Below are positions 1 through 10,466 of a stretch of 64,000 nucleotides of DNA, piece by piece. The stretch is taken from assembly GCF_057098645.1 (NCBI RefSeq), contig NZ_CM169472.1; one strand, 5' to 3'. The notes under the pieces are model-generated. The model was not told the origin of the DNA. It saw nothing but the letters and a program-made list of their open reading frames with translations, and did no database searches. Numbering within the stretch: position 1 is the stretch's first letter; every line of letters begins with the position of its first letter. The position numbers and the translations under genes are program-made.

Positions 1-527
1 CGGCAAAAGGCACGCAAAACGGCGACAGCGCCGGATGCGTGGTGGTGGCACCGCCAGCCGTGCCGGGTGGTAAGTTCCGCATTCTTGAGCGTCACCAGTG
101 GCGCGGGATGGACTTCCGCGCCCAGGCTGACGCCATCAAAAAACTGACCGAACAGTACAACGTGACCTATATCGGTATCGACTCAACCGGCGTTGGTCAC
201 GGGGTTTACGAGAACGTGAAAGCGTTTTTTCCTGCCGTCCGGGAGTTTGTCTACAACCCCAACGTTAAAAACGCCCTGGTACTCAAGGCCTACGACATTA
301 TCAGCCACCGCCGTCTGGAGTTTGACGCCGGACACACCGACATAGCGCAGTCCTTTATGGCAATACGTCGCGCCACCACCGCCAGTGGCAACCGCCCGAC
401 CTATGAAGCCAGCCGCAGCGAAGAAGCCAGCCACGCCGATCTGGCCTGGGCAACAATGCACGCACTGTTTAACGAACCGCTGCAGGGCGAATCCGCCAAT
501 ACCAGCAATATTGTGGAGATTTTTTGA
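1..527 (+). CDS. Terminase large (ATPase) subunit, P2 gpP-like, C-terminal part (5' end outside window)
   Basis: Frame open from window edge to TGA 525-527, overlapping the next ATG (TGATG). P-then-Q gene order of P2-like phages. Similarity recalled, not searched. Confidence 0.7.
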   Translation, partial: AKGTQNGDSAGCVVVAPPAVPGGKFRILERHQWRGMDFRAQADAIKKLTEQYNVTYIGIDSTGVGHGVYENVKAFFPAVREFVYNPNVKNALVLKAYDIISHRRLEFDAGHTDIAQSFMAIRRATTASGNRPTYEASRSEEASHADLAWATMHALFNEPLQGESANTSNIVEIF

Positions 528-1552
528 TGGGAAAGAGTAAGAAGAACCGCACTGCGGCGACGAAACAGATCCAGCTTAAAAGTCAAACTACAGCCGAAGC
601 ATTCAGCTTCGGCGATCCCGTTCCTGTTCTGGACCGCCGAGAACTGCTGGATTATGTGGAATGCGTACAGATGGACCGCTGGTATGAGCCGCCCGTCAGC
701 TTTGACGGACTGGCGCGCACCTTCCGCGCTGCCGTGCATCATAGTTCCCCGATTGCAGTAAAGTGCAACATTCTGACCAGCACCTACATCCCTCACCCGC
801 TGCTCAGCCAGCAGGCTTTTTCGCGTTTTGTGCAGGACTATCTGGTATTTGGTAACGCCTACCTGGAGAAACGCACGAACCGCTTCGGTGAAGTTATCGC
901 CCTTGAACCTGCCCTGGCAAAATATACCCGACGCGGGTTAGACCTGGATACCTACTGGTTTGTGCAATACGGTATGACCACGCAGCCATATCAGTTCACG
1001 AAAGGCAGCATCTTTCATCTGATGGAACCGGACATCAACCAGGAGATCTACGGCCTGCCCGGTTATCTTTCTGCCATTCCGTCAGCCCTGCTCAACGAGT
1101 CCGCCACGCTGTTCCGCCGAAAGTATTACATTAACGGCAGTCATGCTGGCTTCATCATGTACATGACCGATGCTGCGCAGAACCAGGAGGATGTGAACAA
1201 CCTCCGCAACGCAATGAAAAGCGCCAAAGGTCCAGGCAACTTCCGCAACCTGTTTATGTACTCACCTAACGGCAAAAAGGATGGTCTTCAGATTATCCCG
1301 TTGTCAGAAGTCGCGGCGAAGGATGAATTTCTGAATATCAAAAATGTCAGCCGCGACGACATGATGGCTGCGCACCGTGTACCACCACAAATGATGGGGA
1401 TAATGCCTAATAATGTTGGGGGATTTGGGGATGTGGAGAAAGCCTGCAAAGTATTTGTTAGAAATGAGTTAACAGTATTACAAAAAAAAATACTGGAACT
1501 GAACACTTGGTTAGATGATGATGTAATTAATTTTAATGAGTATATGCTTTGA
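527..1552 (+). CDS. Portal protein, P2 gpQ-like
   Basis: 341-aa ORF translationally coupled to the terminase gene. Resembles the P2/186 Q portal family. Confidence 0.8.
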   Translation: MGKSKKNRTAATKQIQLKSQTTAEAFSFGDPVPVLDRRELLDYVECVQMDRWYEPPVSFDGLARTFRAAVHHSSPIAVKCNILTSTYIPHPLLSQQAFSRFVQDYLVFGNAYLEKRTNRFGEVIALEPALAKYTRRGLDLDTYWFVQYGMTTQPYQFTKGSIFHLMEPDINQEIYGLPGYLSAIPSALLNESATLFRRKYYINGSHAGFIMYMTDAAQNQEDVNNLRNAMKSAKGPGNFRNLFMYSPNGKKDGLQIIPLSEVAAKDEFLNIKNVSRDDMMAAHRVPPQMMGIMPNNVGGFGDVEKACKVFVRNELTVLQKKILELNTWLDDDVINFNEYML

Positions 1553-1554
1553 TG

Positions 1555-1581
1555 AAATAGGGGGCTAACGCCCCTATTTTT
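1555..1581. terminator. Bidirectional intrinsic terminator between convergent portal and cargo genes
   Basis: aaataggggc-taac-gcccctattttt: 10-bp stem flanked by an A-run and a T-run, sitting between two convergent stop codons. Confidence 0.6.
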
Positions 1582-2377
1582 AATCATTTTCTGGTTTGTT
1601 TGAAGTTTCATTTACAGGCTGGATCACATCCTTATTAAAATGGCGCGTTTGTTCGACTTTACCTTTTCTAGAAAGGCCTGCACCTTCTAAAATTGAATCG
1701 ATTTTATCGCCACCATTAGCTAAGAAATGCTTAAAATTTTCCGATGATAACATTTCCATTATAGGCGATGAATGGGTAGCTTCTTCAACAAATCTTAATG
1801 GCGGCTCCTCCAGTCGAGTAAGTGCATTACCAAATAACCTTTGGGTAAAGTCGCTATCAAGTTGGACAGCTTCTCTTCTATATCCCTCATAAGCTTTGGA
1901 TACTGAGGCCTTGAATTCATAATCCTCTGCCAATCTGAATCGCTGACCAATTTGTTTCGTTGCTAACCAAGCAAACCATAATGGTGCTCCAACACTTAAA
2001 ATGGAGAGTAAAAGTTGAATAGCTAACTTTATACCTGATGCGTCAGGGTTTGACAGATATGCTTCGAGAGCATGTAAACGCGTATAACCAACAGCAGCAC
2101 CTGCAACCAAAGCACCTATTAGTCCACATACCCACCAACGTATGCTCCGGTTTAATTTTTCTGCTTTATCTTGAAATGCCCCAGCCAAACCTTTTGAAGT
2201 AGTAGTTCTAAATGCCTCTTCACATTTATTAATATAACCCTGAGCTTCTTCACGGAGAGATTGTAAATAATCTTTTGCATCCTTGCTTGCATTCTGTTTC
2301 AGCGCCAAAATTTCTTGTCTGGCCTCATCTACGATTTTGGAGTTCTCTTCAGTCTCTTTAAGGGTAATGACTCCAAC

Positions 2378-2881
2378 TTATTGATAGTGTTTTATGTTCA
2401 GATAATGCCCGATGACTTTGTCATGCAGCTCCACCGATTTTGAGAACGACAGCGACTTCCGTCCCAGCCGTGCCAGGTGCTGCCTCAGATTCAGGTTATG
2501 CCGCTCAATTCGCTGCGTATATCGCTTGCTGATTACGTGCAGCTTTCCCTTCAGGCGGGATTCATACAGCGGCCAGCCATCCGTCATCCATATCACCACG
2601 TCAAAGGGTGACAGCAGGCTCATAAGACGCCCCAGCGTCGCCATAGTGCGTTCACCGAATACGTGCGCAACAACCGTCTTCCGGAGCCTGTCATACGCGT
2701 AAAACAGCCAGCGCTGGCGCGATTTAGCCCCGACGTATCCCCACTGTTCGTCCATTTCCGCGCAGACGATGACGTCACTGCCCGGCTGTATGCGCGAGGT
2801 TACCGACTGCGGCCTGAGTTTTTTAAATGGCGGAAAATCGTGTTGAGGCCAACGCCCATAATGCGGGCGGTTGCCCGGCAT
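2378..2881 (-). CDS. insB: IS1 InsB reading frame (expressed as InsAB' by frameshifting)
   Basis: 167-aa ORF overlapping the insA 3' end inside the IS1 boundaries. Confidence 0.85.
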   Translation of the reverse strand: MPGNRPHYGRWPQHDFPPFKKLRPQSVTSRIQPGSDVIVCAEMDEQWGYVGAKSRQRWLFYAYDRLRKTVVAHVFGERTMATLGRLMSLLSPFDVVIWMTDGWPLYESRLKGKLHVISKRYTQRIERHNLNLRQHLARLGRKSLSFSKSVELHDKVIGHYLNIKHYQ

Positions 2882-3075
2882 CCAACGCCATTCATGGCCA
2901 TATCAATGATTTTCTGGTGCGTACCGGGTTGAGAAGCGGTGTAAGTGAACTGCAGTTGCCATGTTTTACGGCAGTGAGAGCAGAGATAGCGCTGATGTCC
3001 GGCGGTGCTTTTGCCGTTACGCACCACCCCGTCAGTAGCTGAACAGGAGGGACAGCTGATAGAAACAGAAGCCAC
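2800..3075 (-). CDS. insA: IS1 InsA
   Basis: 91-aa [25 protein letters not shown]..., recognised as IS1 InsA. Confidence 0.9.
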   Translation of the reverse strand: MASVSISCPSCSATDGVVRNGKSTAGHQRYLCSHCRKTWQLQFTYTASQPGTHQKIIDMAMNGVGCRATARIMGVGLNTIFRHLKNSGRSR

Positions 3076-3840
3076 TGGAGCACCTCAAAAACACCATCAT
3101 ACACTAAATCAGTAAGTTGGCAGCATCACCTCTTTAAGCATGCCATTAATATTTCTGCAATGCTCAACTGCGCTATTGTAAACATTTTTAACTTCATCAT
3201 TTGTTTCACGAAGCATTTTTACTGTTGTCGGTAGATTCTCGGCTGCATCATATGCTTCATTTATAGTTTTAATTTTCTCTTCTATATTACCAGTTTCAGC
3301 TGCAATTGCAGATATACCTGAATTATATAATTCTAATCTGCGTAAAATTTGCTTTGGTAATAAATTTCTATCTTTCAGCCTCTCAAATGAAAAAAGGTCA
3401 TTAATCCTATGAGAGATATATAACATTGAAATAACATAAGATGGTATAGCGGTCTGTTGAACTGATGCGTTACCATTGTTTATATGATTAATATTTTGCT
3501 GAGCATGATCCAGAGTGTAAATGAGCGCATCAATTACTGCAATGTCATCTGAAGATGGTACAAATTCCTGCATCTGATTAATTCTATCAGATAACATTTT
3601 TGGTAGTTCTATCAGATCCTCTTTATGTAAAAAAGGAAATGTGTACGGCCCAAGGTTTATAAAATCTTCCACAGGGAATACAAGACCATTAAGTGTTGTA
3701 TGTAAATTATCTAGTTTCTCTTTTAATTCAGTTAGTTTTTCGTTCATTAAAAAAATCCTTTATGACGCTATAGAACTTCCAGAGTAATCCGATAAAGATA
3801 TCATAAGACAATATTTTGGTATAAACACTTATTGCGCGCG

Positions 3841-3859
3841 CTCGTATCCCCGCCACGCC
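3841..3859. other. Candidate P2/186-type cos (cohesive end) sequence
   Basis: Reverse complement reads ggcgtggcggggatacgag. The first 13 nt match my recollection of the 186 cohesive end GGCGTGGCGGGGA. Its position between Q and A is as in P2-like genomes. Confidence 0.5.
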
Positions 3860-3904
3860 TGCCCGCTTTATGTAGTGGTTTTCATGCACCTGCATGATCT
3901 ACGC

Positions 3905-3928
3905 AAAAGCCCGCCAGAACTGGCGGGC
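3905..3928 (-). terminator. Intrinsic terminator downstream of lipoprotein gene
   Basis: gcccgccag/ctggcgggc stem followed by a T-run on the minus strand. Confidence 0.5.
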
Positions 3929-4032
3929 CTTAACACAAAAGATCCTCAAACGATCATGCGATCTCATGCAGCATAGACATGCGCGCTTATGCAGAATGTG
4001 CAAAATCGTAACATACTCAGTAAGCGTGAAAA

Positions 4033-4710
4033 CTAGAACGTGACAGCCTTGTCAAAGCCAGAAATAATTGTATAAGAAATAGACGAGTTATCAGCCTTGT
4101 TCACTTTGAACTTGGCACCTTTGTAAGCGATAACGTCACTTCCCTTAGAATCTACAGAAAAATCTGTTGTAAATGCTGCACGAGCCATATCGTTTGCAAA
4201 TTCACGATAGGTGAACTTCATTACACCGCCTGCATTTCCATTGTATTCGATAGTCTTAACCAATGAGTTACTAACTCGACACAGCCCATCAGGAACACGT
4301 TTGATAGAAATTTCTGATGCAGTATAAGAAGTACCATTTGGCGGTGATATCTCATTTTTTGCAGCATCGTAACTAACATAATCAACATAGTTACCGATTT
4401 GCCCATAGAGATTTTTTAACGCAACAGCTTGAGGGTTATGATAATTGCGGTAAATTCCATTCCCCTCACTGCAATATGTACCAGCAGCGATAGAAGACAA
4501 TGCACCATTAGCCGCACCAAGTTCTAGTACGTCCGTTTTAAATCCAGTAGCAGATGTGATAATGGGATCGCCCATGTAGGCGGTAGCACTTTGCCCAATA
4601 GCAGGCTTCACCACTTCAATAGCAGTGATATTTCGGTTAGAAGCATGTGGCACGCAACCAGTTAGGATTACAGCAAGAGATATTGGTAACGCTACATTAT
4701 TAATTTTCAT
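4033..4710 (-). CDS. Predicted lipoprotein, unknown function (prophage cargo)
   Basis: Start MKINNVALPISLAVILTGC with lipobox LTGC. 225-aa ORF with no family recognised. Confidence 0.65.
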   Translation of the reverse strand: MKINNVALPISLAVILTGCVPHASNRNITAIEVVKPAIGQSATAYMGDPIITSATGFKTDVLELGAANGALSSIAAGTYCSEGNGIYRNYHNPQAVALKNLYGQIGNYVDYVSYDAAKNEISPPNGTSYTASEISIKRVPDGLCRVSNSLVKTIEYNGNAGGVMKFTYREFANDMARAAFTTDFSVDSKGSDVIAYKGAKFKVNKADNSSISYTIISGFDKAVTF

Positions 4711-4823
4711 TTTTAGCCTATTATTCTTTTCTTGACAAAAAACAAGGCGATATCCGATTGACATCGCCTCTCACTCATATGTAACCCTTTTTGATTAGTA
4801 AAAACAAGCGTCTATTGACAAAA

Positions 4824-5057
4824 TCAATGCAGCCAGCTGTCGTCTTCCCACACCTTCTGCATAATTTTCATCACTTGTTTTCTTTCTTCGTCCAGTTGCA
4901 GTCCGGTCAGTTCCACACCGTTAGAGCTACCTTTACGGATACGGATTACCGTTTTGGGATACAGGGGGCGCAGATTGCGGTAAAGCTCGGATTCAAGGGC
5001 GTCCAGGGTAGACTGGCTAATCTTCTGCTCTTTATCGATCATTATTTCAATGCGCAT
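4824..5057 (-). CDS. DinI-like protein (Tum C-terminal-like)
   Basis: MRIEIMIDKEQ...KVWEDDSWLH resembles DinI (MRIEVTI...ETWESADDWF). RBS gaggtg. Downstream of a LexA box. Confidence 0.7.
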   Translation of the reverse strand: MRIEIMIDKEQKISQSTLDALESELYRNLRPLYPKTVIRIRKGSSNGVELTGLQLDEERKQVMKIMQKVWEDDSWLH

Positions 5058-5067
5058 AAAAGTCACC

Positions 5068-5256
5068 TCAGCTGATGACATCCATTGAGCGGTTGTATTC
5101 GTGGCTTCTGATTTTTGCCATGAGTTCATCAGTCAATTCAGAAACCCACTGCAGAGCCAGCCCCTTCTCTTCATCACTACACTCACTAGCCGCTACAAGC
5201 TTAAGAAAAAAATCAATGCGCTGGAGCTTCAAAGACTCCAAAAAATAGTCCTGCAT
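5068..5256 (-). CDS. Small hypothetical protein, first gene of the SOS-box operon
   Basis: 62-aa ORF with strong RBS aggagga, 11 nt upstream of the DinI-like gene. Confidence 0.5.
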   Translation of the reverse strand: MQDYFLESLKLQRIDFFLKLVAASECSDEEKGLALQWVSELTDELMAKIRSHEYNRSMDVIS

Positions 5257-5297
5257 CTTTCCTCCTATGACACCACAAGAAATACTGTATGTATAAC

Positions 5298-5318
5298 CAC
5301 TGTTTATATTTACAGTAT
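5298..5318. promoter_or_regulatory. LexA (SOS) box
   Basis: cACTGTttatatttACAGTat fits CTGT-N8-ACAG. Lies about 45 bp upstream of ATG 5256. Confidence 0.6.
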
Positions 5319-7515
5319 ATAATAATCTTACTGATGTAAAACGTTTTTTTTACGCTTATCAGCTTGATATGCCTGGTATTATTAAGAGCACGAATTGTTA
5401 ACCAGCGTAATTAATACAGGTTCCGCCACTTATCATCTTCCTGCAAACGCTGGTTCCGATAGAAGATACGCAGGCCTGCTCCTGACGGAATACTGCCGCC
5501 GCGAAGGAGTAAATCGACCTCTTTCTCGCTGCCATCAAATCCTCTGGATTTCAGTTCATAGACGAGCTGCTGTCGTTGATGGTCTGTAATTCGCTGTTTG
5601 TAGTCTCTACGCCGTTTCGGTTTCACCAGACGTAACCTTGCAGCCAGTTCCCGGCGCTCCTTTTTGTTCATACTGTGCAGGTAATCGTGCAACTCCTTGT
5701 CATCCATGCGGGTAAAGTCCGTTCTGGGGTCCCCATCAGCTGATTTATCTTTCTCCTGTTGGTTCAAATTTTCAGCAAGGGGACAGTTATTGCCACGAGT
5801 CCAAGGGGCGCAAGCGCCCTGGTCGGCTGCCGCCTCCTGAACGTCAACGGCCTTACGAACCATTTTCCACTTCACTGCATGAGTACAAATCTTGCCCTCT
5901 GCAATGGGTGACCAGATGCCATAAATACGAATACCGTGATCGCCATAGGCGGTCGGCTCTTCGTTAATTTCATAAGCTGTTCTGATAAGGTGATATTTGC
6001 GGGGAACCAGTACGCCGCCCTGCTTCATAATGTAGGTGGCAAAACAACCAGCATCAGCAGCAGCCAGAATGGCATCAAGGCGCGGGTTATCCAGTACCGG
6101 CGCACCTGCTTTTTTGTCACCCTGTTGCCTTGCCGCCTGACCAGCCAGCAATCGCAATTCACGGTACGCCTGACGCCCCGGAATACCAAAGAAGCGAAAT
6201 TGCTGAACACGATGCAGAGACGCCCAGGCATTAACGTATTCAGCGTTATCACGCAGGGATTTACCCGTTTCCTTGCTGATTTCGCCAGCCAGACCACGCC
6301 CATCAATGTTCTTACTGATGTATTTCGCGATGTAGCTTGTCGGCGTTCCTTTTCGCGGGTTAATCAGCTCAGACTTAAAGCGCGGCCCCGTGTTATTGCC
6401 CAGCTCCTCACGGTCTTCACGGATAGCAAACTTACGCAACAATGCAGTAATGGCGCGGCGGTCTTTTTTGCGCATGAAACACAACAGGTGCCAGTGAACT
6501 GTGCCGTCATGATGCGGCTCAGCCACCCGCACGCCATACCAGCGCAACCCGGCTTTGTGCATCGCCTTACGAAATGCAGCAAACATACCGACCAGATAAT
6601 CGCTGCTTTGTCTTACCGTCGCATTTGTCCATGTCGGGTTGGGTCTGCCGTTATTGAGCGTGGAATGGAAACGTGACGGACAGGTAATGGTGTAGAAAAC
6701 GGCGCAGTCACCGCGCATTTCCGCGATAAGCTCCAGACCTTTAACACAGGCCATCATCTCATTGCGACGATGCGCCGGGTTGCTGCTGCTGGCGTTTACC
6801 ACATCTTCCATATCCAGCGCGTCTCCGTCTTCGTTCACCAGTTCATGAGAACGGAAAAACTCCAGTGACTTACGGCGCTGCTCACGTTTATGCATCACGG
6901 CTTCATAGCTGACATAGGGAGATGCTTTTTTGCTGACCAGGCAGACAGCACGCAACTGCTCTTCCCGCCATTCGCAACGCATCTTCCACAATTTCCGATA
7001 CCACCAGTCGGCGCACAGCATACGCGCCAGCGAACCCGGAATGAGTTCATAGGGCACGGGTTTACGGCGGTTTCTTTTCCGACGGAGTTGCTCAAACGCA
7101 GGCGGGATGACATCCAGACGCAGGGTTTCCGCTGCCACCTTTTCCCATGTCTTGCGGATTTCTTCTGGCTTAACGTCATCGGTGGCATACAAATCACCAC
7201 AAGCTGCATCAAGGCACATACTCATATGCGCAGCTACCAAGGTGGACAGGCGTTTCACCTGATCCTGACTCATTTCAGGCAGGATCAGCAGGCCGTCCAG
7301 CCCTTCATGGCTTGCCATAAAGCGAAAAGATGCAGATAGCTGACTGTCGCGTACATGCTCCAGTCGTTCCAGACATGGCTTAATCGTCTCACGTAAATAG
7401 CGGGAATAAGCCTTTGTGCGTATTCCGCTCTATTCGATCACGGATTGGCATCGAAGTCCGATCAGCGATTCGCATCCATTCGATCAACCGGGAACTTAAC
7501 TTTTTCTACCGCTTT

Positions 7516-8271
7516 TTAACGCGTTTTTTCGCTGCTTTCCACTACCGGGGGATTTTTCCTCAGTGACTCTCCCTGAAGGACCACTCGGTGTGAGTTATGT
7601 ACCAGTCTGTCCAGGATGGCATCTGCTGTTGTTGGGTTCTCCATCAGACCATGCCATTTATCTACCGGGAACTGGCTTACCACTATCGTGCTGCTTTGTC
7701 CGTAACGATCCTCTATGAGCTCCAGAAGGTCATTACACTGGGCGTTACTTAACTGTTCCAGCCCCAGATCGTCCAGGATTAGAACCTGTATTTTTTGCAA
7801 CTGTTTCAGATATTTCAGCCAGCTGCCATCAACACGTCCCTGAGCCAGTTGTTCCAGTAATCGCCCGGTTCTACAGTACCGGACGCTGTGTTTCTGTCGA
7901 CATGCCTGTTCGCCCAGCGCATTGGCTATCCAGCTCTTGCCACATCCTGTCGGACCGGTTATCAGCAGGTTTTTCCTGTGGGTTATGTAGTGGCCGTTCA
8001 GCAGTTCTCTCATCTGTTCAGCCCGCAGACCTCTTGAGGCCGGATAGCGCAGCCCTTCCGGTGTTGCCTGGTATTTCAGGCCGGCATTTTTTCTCAACCG
8101 TGCCACACGGCTGTTTTCCCTGCTCAGAAGCTCGTCATCAACCAGCAGCGTCAGCCTTTCCTCGAACGACAGTTCGTCGTAGGTCTGAGGCGTTTCCCGC
8201 TGCCGTATCAGGCTCCCGGCCATCGCCGGGAGTTTCAGTTGGGTCAGTTTGTTTAACAGGTTATCACTCAT
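7516..8271 (-). CDS. istB: IS21-family helper ATPase IstB
   Basis: MSDNLLNKL.. with Walker A GPTGCGKS and Walker B LILDDLG. Confidence 0.9.
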   Translation of the reverse strand: MSDNLLNKLTQLKLPAMAGSLIRQRETPQTYDELSFEERLTLLVDDELLSRENSRVARLRKNAGLKYQATPEGLRYPASRGLRAEQMRELLNGHYITHRKNLLITGPTGCGKSWIANALGEQACRQKHSVRYCRTGRLLEQLAQGRVDGSWLKYLKQLQKIQVLILDDLGLEQLSNAQCNDLLELIEDRYGQSSTIVVSQFPVDKWHGLMENPTTADAILDRLVHNSHRVVLQGESLRKNPPVVESSEKTR

Positions 8272-8287
8272 ACTGTTGTTCCTTCTG

Positions 8288-9823
8288 TCAGTGGTAGTAG
8301 CCCGGACCACGCAGGTTTTCATGCTCTGAAGCATATGCCGGATGTTGTTCGCCCTGGCGGGATAATGGAAGCTCCAGGTTCTCCCGATGGTGACGCAGCA
8401 GATTGTCGATAAAGCGTCTGTCAGGGGCGTTATAGTGCAGGGCAACGTAACAGGCCTTTTCCAGCCGTTCCGGGCCGTATTTTTTCTGAAGTGCCAGCAG
8501 CCCCAGAACTGCACGATAAGCCAGTTCCGGATGGGGTTTTGCCTTCAGCATGGATTCAACCACCCGGCCTGTGGACGGGCCCGTACGTTTTCCCTGCTCG
8601 ATCAGGCGTTCCGGTGTCCATGTCCCGTGCTGCCGGTGGCGCTCTGGCATGTGAAGCGGATTGGTTGTGTGTTTATATTCATGTGTGCTGCGCGGATGTT
8701 GCGCCACACACTGCCCCTTGTGCCAGAGCTGTACCACCGACTGCCCCGCCTTCAGTGACAGACGCTGACCGACCAGTTCGTGTGGAACGGAGTACCAGTG
8801 ACGGGCATATTCAACGTGGTAGTCAGGGCCAACCTTCACAGCTTTGTATTCCGTGTATTCATAAGGTGCCAGAGGCAGCGGAGAGAGTGCTGGCGCATCC
8901 AGTATGCGGAAGCGTTCTGCACGGGTTTGATTGCCGTACCCCTTCATTGGCCGGTTATTCATGTCTGTCAGTAACTCCCTAAGGCGCGCATTCAGCGCCC
9001 TGAGCGTGTGGAAGGTTTCATTACGGATGCGGGCAAGAAGCCATCGTTCAACGATGAGGACGCCGTTTTCTGCTTTTGGTTTATCTTTAGGTTTGCGTGG
9101 TCGGGCCGGGATGATAACCGTGCCATAGTGCTCAGCCAGTGCCTGATAACTGTCGTTGATGACAGGCTCATATCGATCGGCCTTTTTCACTGCGCTTCTG
9201 AGGTTATCGGGGATGAGCAGCTTCGGTACGCCGCCCAGGAAGGTCAGGCAACGGCTGTGGGCATTTAACCATGACATCATGTCCTGACCTTCGCACGCTT
9301 CAACGTAGGTATAGTTGGACGCCCCCATTACGGCCACGAAGATTGCCACGCGGCGTATCTCACCGGTGTCCGGATTAATAACAGGAACCGTAGGACCACA
9401 GAAGTCGATAAAAAGCTTTTCGCCGGCACGATGCTCCTGGCGCATGGAGAGACGTCGCGTTTTTTTCCACTCCCGGTAGCAACGGCAGAAGTGCGAGTAT
9501 CCCATCGCTTTGTTACCCGCCTGTGCCTTGTATTCCATCCACAACAGTTGCCGCGTCACACCTGGTTTTCTCATTTCCGTATCGAAGTACAACATGTCAG
9601 GCATTACAAGCTCTGATGCAAAGGTGTCTTTGGGCGGAAAAATGAGTTTCTCCAGCGTGTCATGGGATATATCAGCAGGTAATGGCCATGACAGAGAAGA
9701 GGCTTTGAAGCGGGCAAGAACCTCAAAAACGGTTGAGGCGCTGATGTGTAACGTCAGTCCGATACAACGGTTAGTCAGCTTCTTGTCGAACTTGAGCTGA
9801 AGGATCTTAAAACAGGTTTCCAT
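8288..9823 (-). CDS. istA: IS21-family transposase IstA
   Basis: Long ORF with METCFKILQLK.. start and DDE-type IstA-like sequence. Start codon choice uncertain. Confidence 0.85.
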   Translation of the reverse strand: METCFKILQLKFDKKLTNRCIGLTLHISASTVFEVLARFKASSLSWPLPADISHDTLEKLIFPPKDTFASELVMPDMLYFDTEMRKPGVTRQLLWMEYKAQAGNKAMGYSHFCRCYREWKKTRRLSMRQEHRAGEKLFIDFCGPTVPVINPDTGEIRRVAIFVAVMGASNYTYVEACEGQDMMSWLNAHSRCLTFLGGVPKLLIPDNLRSAVKKADRYEPVINDSYQALAEHYGTVIIPARPRKPKDKPKAENGVLIVERWLLARIRNETFHTLRALNARLRELLTDMNNRPMKGYGNQTRAERFRILDAPALSPLPLAPYEYTEYKAVKVGPDYHVEYARHWYSVPHELVGQRLSLKAGQSVVQLWHKGQCVAQHPRSTHEYKHTTNPLHMPERHRQHGTWTPERLIEQGKRTGPSTGRVVESMLKAKPHPELAYRAVLGLLALQKKYGPERLEKACYVALHYNAPDRRFIDNLLRHHRENLELPLSRQGEQHPAYASEHENLRGPGYYH

Positions 9824-10466
9824 AGTGCTCCTGGATTTTCTCTTTCTGGACATTGACGTCTCCACTGGTTTAAACACGGCAATGGAGACTGTGGTGAAAA
9901 GAGTTAATTCCCGGAGTGACTGGCAGGATGCCAATCAATGATCGGAAGCATGCCAAATCGTGATCGATTGTGATGCCAAACTGTGATCGGAGATGGATGC
10001 CAAATCATGATCGATTCGAATGCCAAACTGCGATCGATTCAGATGCCATTTTGCACCTTTGGCCTGCCCAGGCTGCTGAAGTATTCAATACGTTGCATCA
10101 GCGGCTTGCTGATATGGGAAGGCTGGGCGTTGACGTCCGCCAGAATGACCATGTCTGAATTAAAACGCTGCTGCTCATGCGCCAGCTTTGCCCGGCTAAT
10201 GAGCTTATCCTGCTCCATTTCGCGCTGGACAGGATCACGTGATTCATTAAAGAAATAACGCTCCCAGACCTGATCACTCAGTGCCTCGCGGCGCAACTGT
10301 TCCTGCTCGTTATCGGCAGCGTACAGAGTGATCAGGTTTGAAAGCGTAGAAACCGGCGCAACTTCCGCCGGGTCCAGATAAGGGTTAATGGCCTTTTTCG
10401 GGCTGTTCCATGAGAACGCTGCGGCAGCCTCGTTAAAGCCGCAGCAGTTGTTCATATCGGCATGAC

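Larger units (their letters stand above)
2363..3130 (-). mobile_element. IS1, complete 768-bp copy
   Basis: Terminal repeats ggtaatgactccaacttattgat (2363) and ggtgatgctgccaacttactgat (reverse complement at 3130). insA/insB reading frames present. 8-bp direct repeat tctttaag at 2355-2362 and 3131-3138. Confidence 0.95.
1580..3747 (-). pseudogene. Cargo ORF split by IS1; reconstructs to 463 aa (helical N half, two TM helices, amphipathic C tail); family not recognised
   Basis: ORFs 3109..3747 and 1580..2308 fall in one frame once IS1 and one copy of its 8-bp duplication are removed (617+783-8=1392 nt). RBS aaagga lies before ATG 3747. TM segments are WWVCGLIGALVAGAAVGY and IKLAIQLLLSILSVGAPLWFAWLA. 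Confidence 0.75.
7417..10055 (-). mobile_element. IS21-family insertion sequence (2639 bp)
   Basis: istA/istB gene pair. Ends TGCGTATTCC.. and ..rc TGCAAAATGG.. align as inverted repeats. Multiple tgccaaaYYgtgatcg terminal repeats at 9935-10050. 6-bp direct repeat cctttg at 7411-7416 and 10056-10061. Confidence 0.9.

Noticed and set aside
183-796. Minus-strand ORFs (92 and 131 aa) overlapping the terminase and portal genes, and many similar antisense or out-of-frame ORFs throughout the track (e.g. 5936..6676, 8387..9268, 28134..28847, 33828..34850, 50433..52476, 55548..56654, 62418..63369)
   Set aside because: Each lies entirely inside a longer ORF with a recognisable product. They have Arg/Ser/Cys-rich or low-complexity composition typical of shadow frames and lack ribosome-binding sites.
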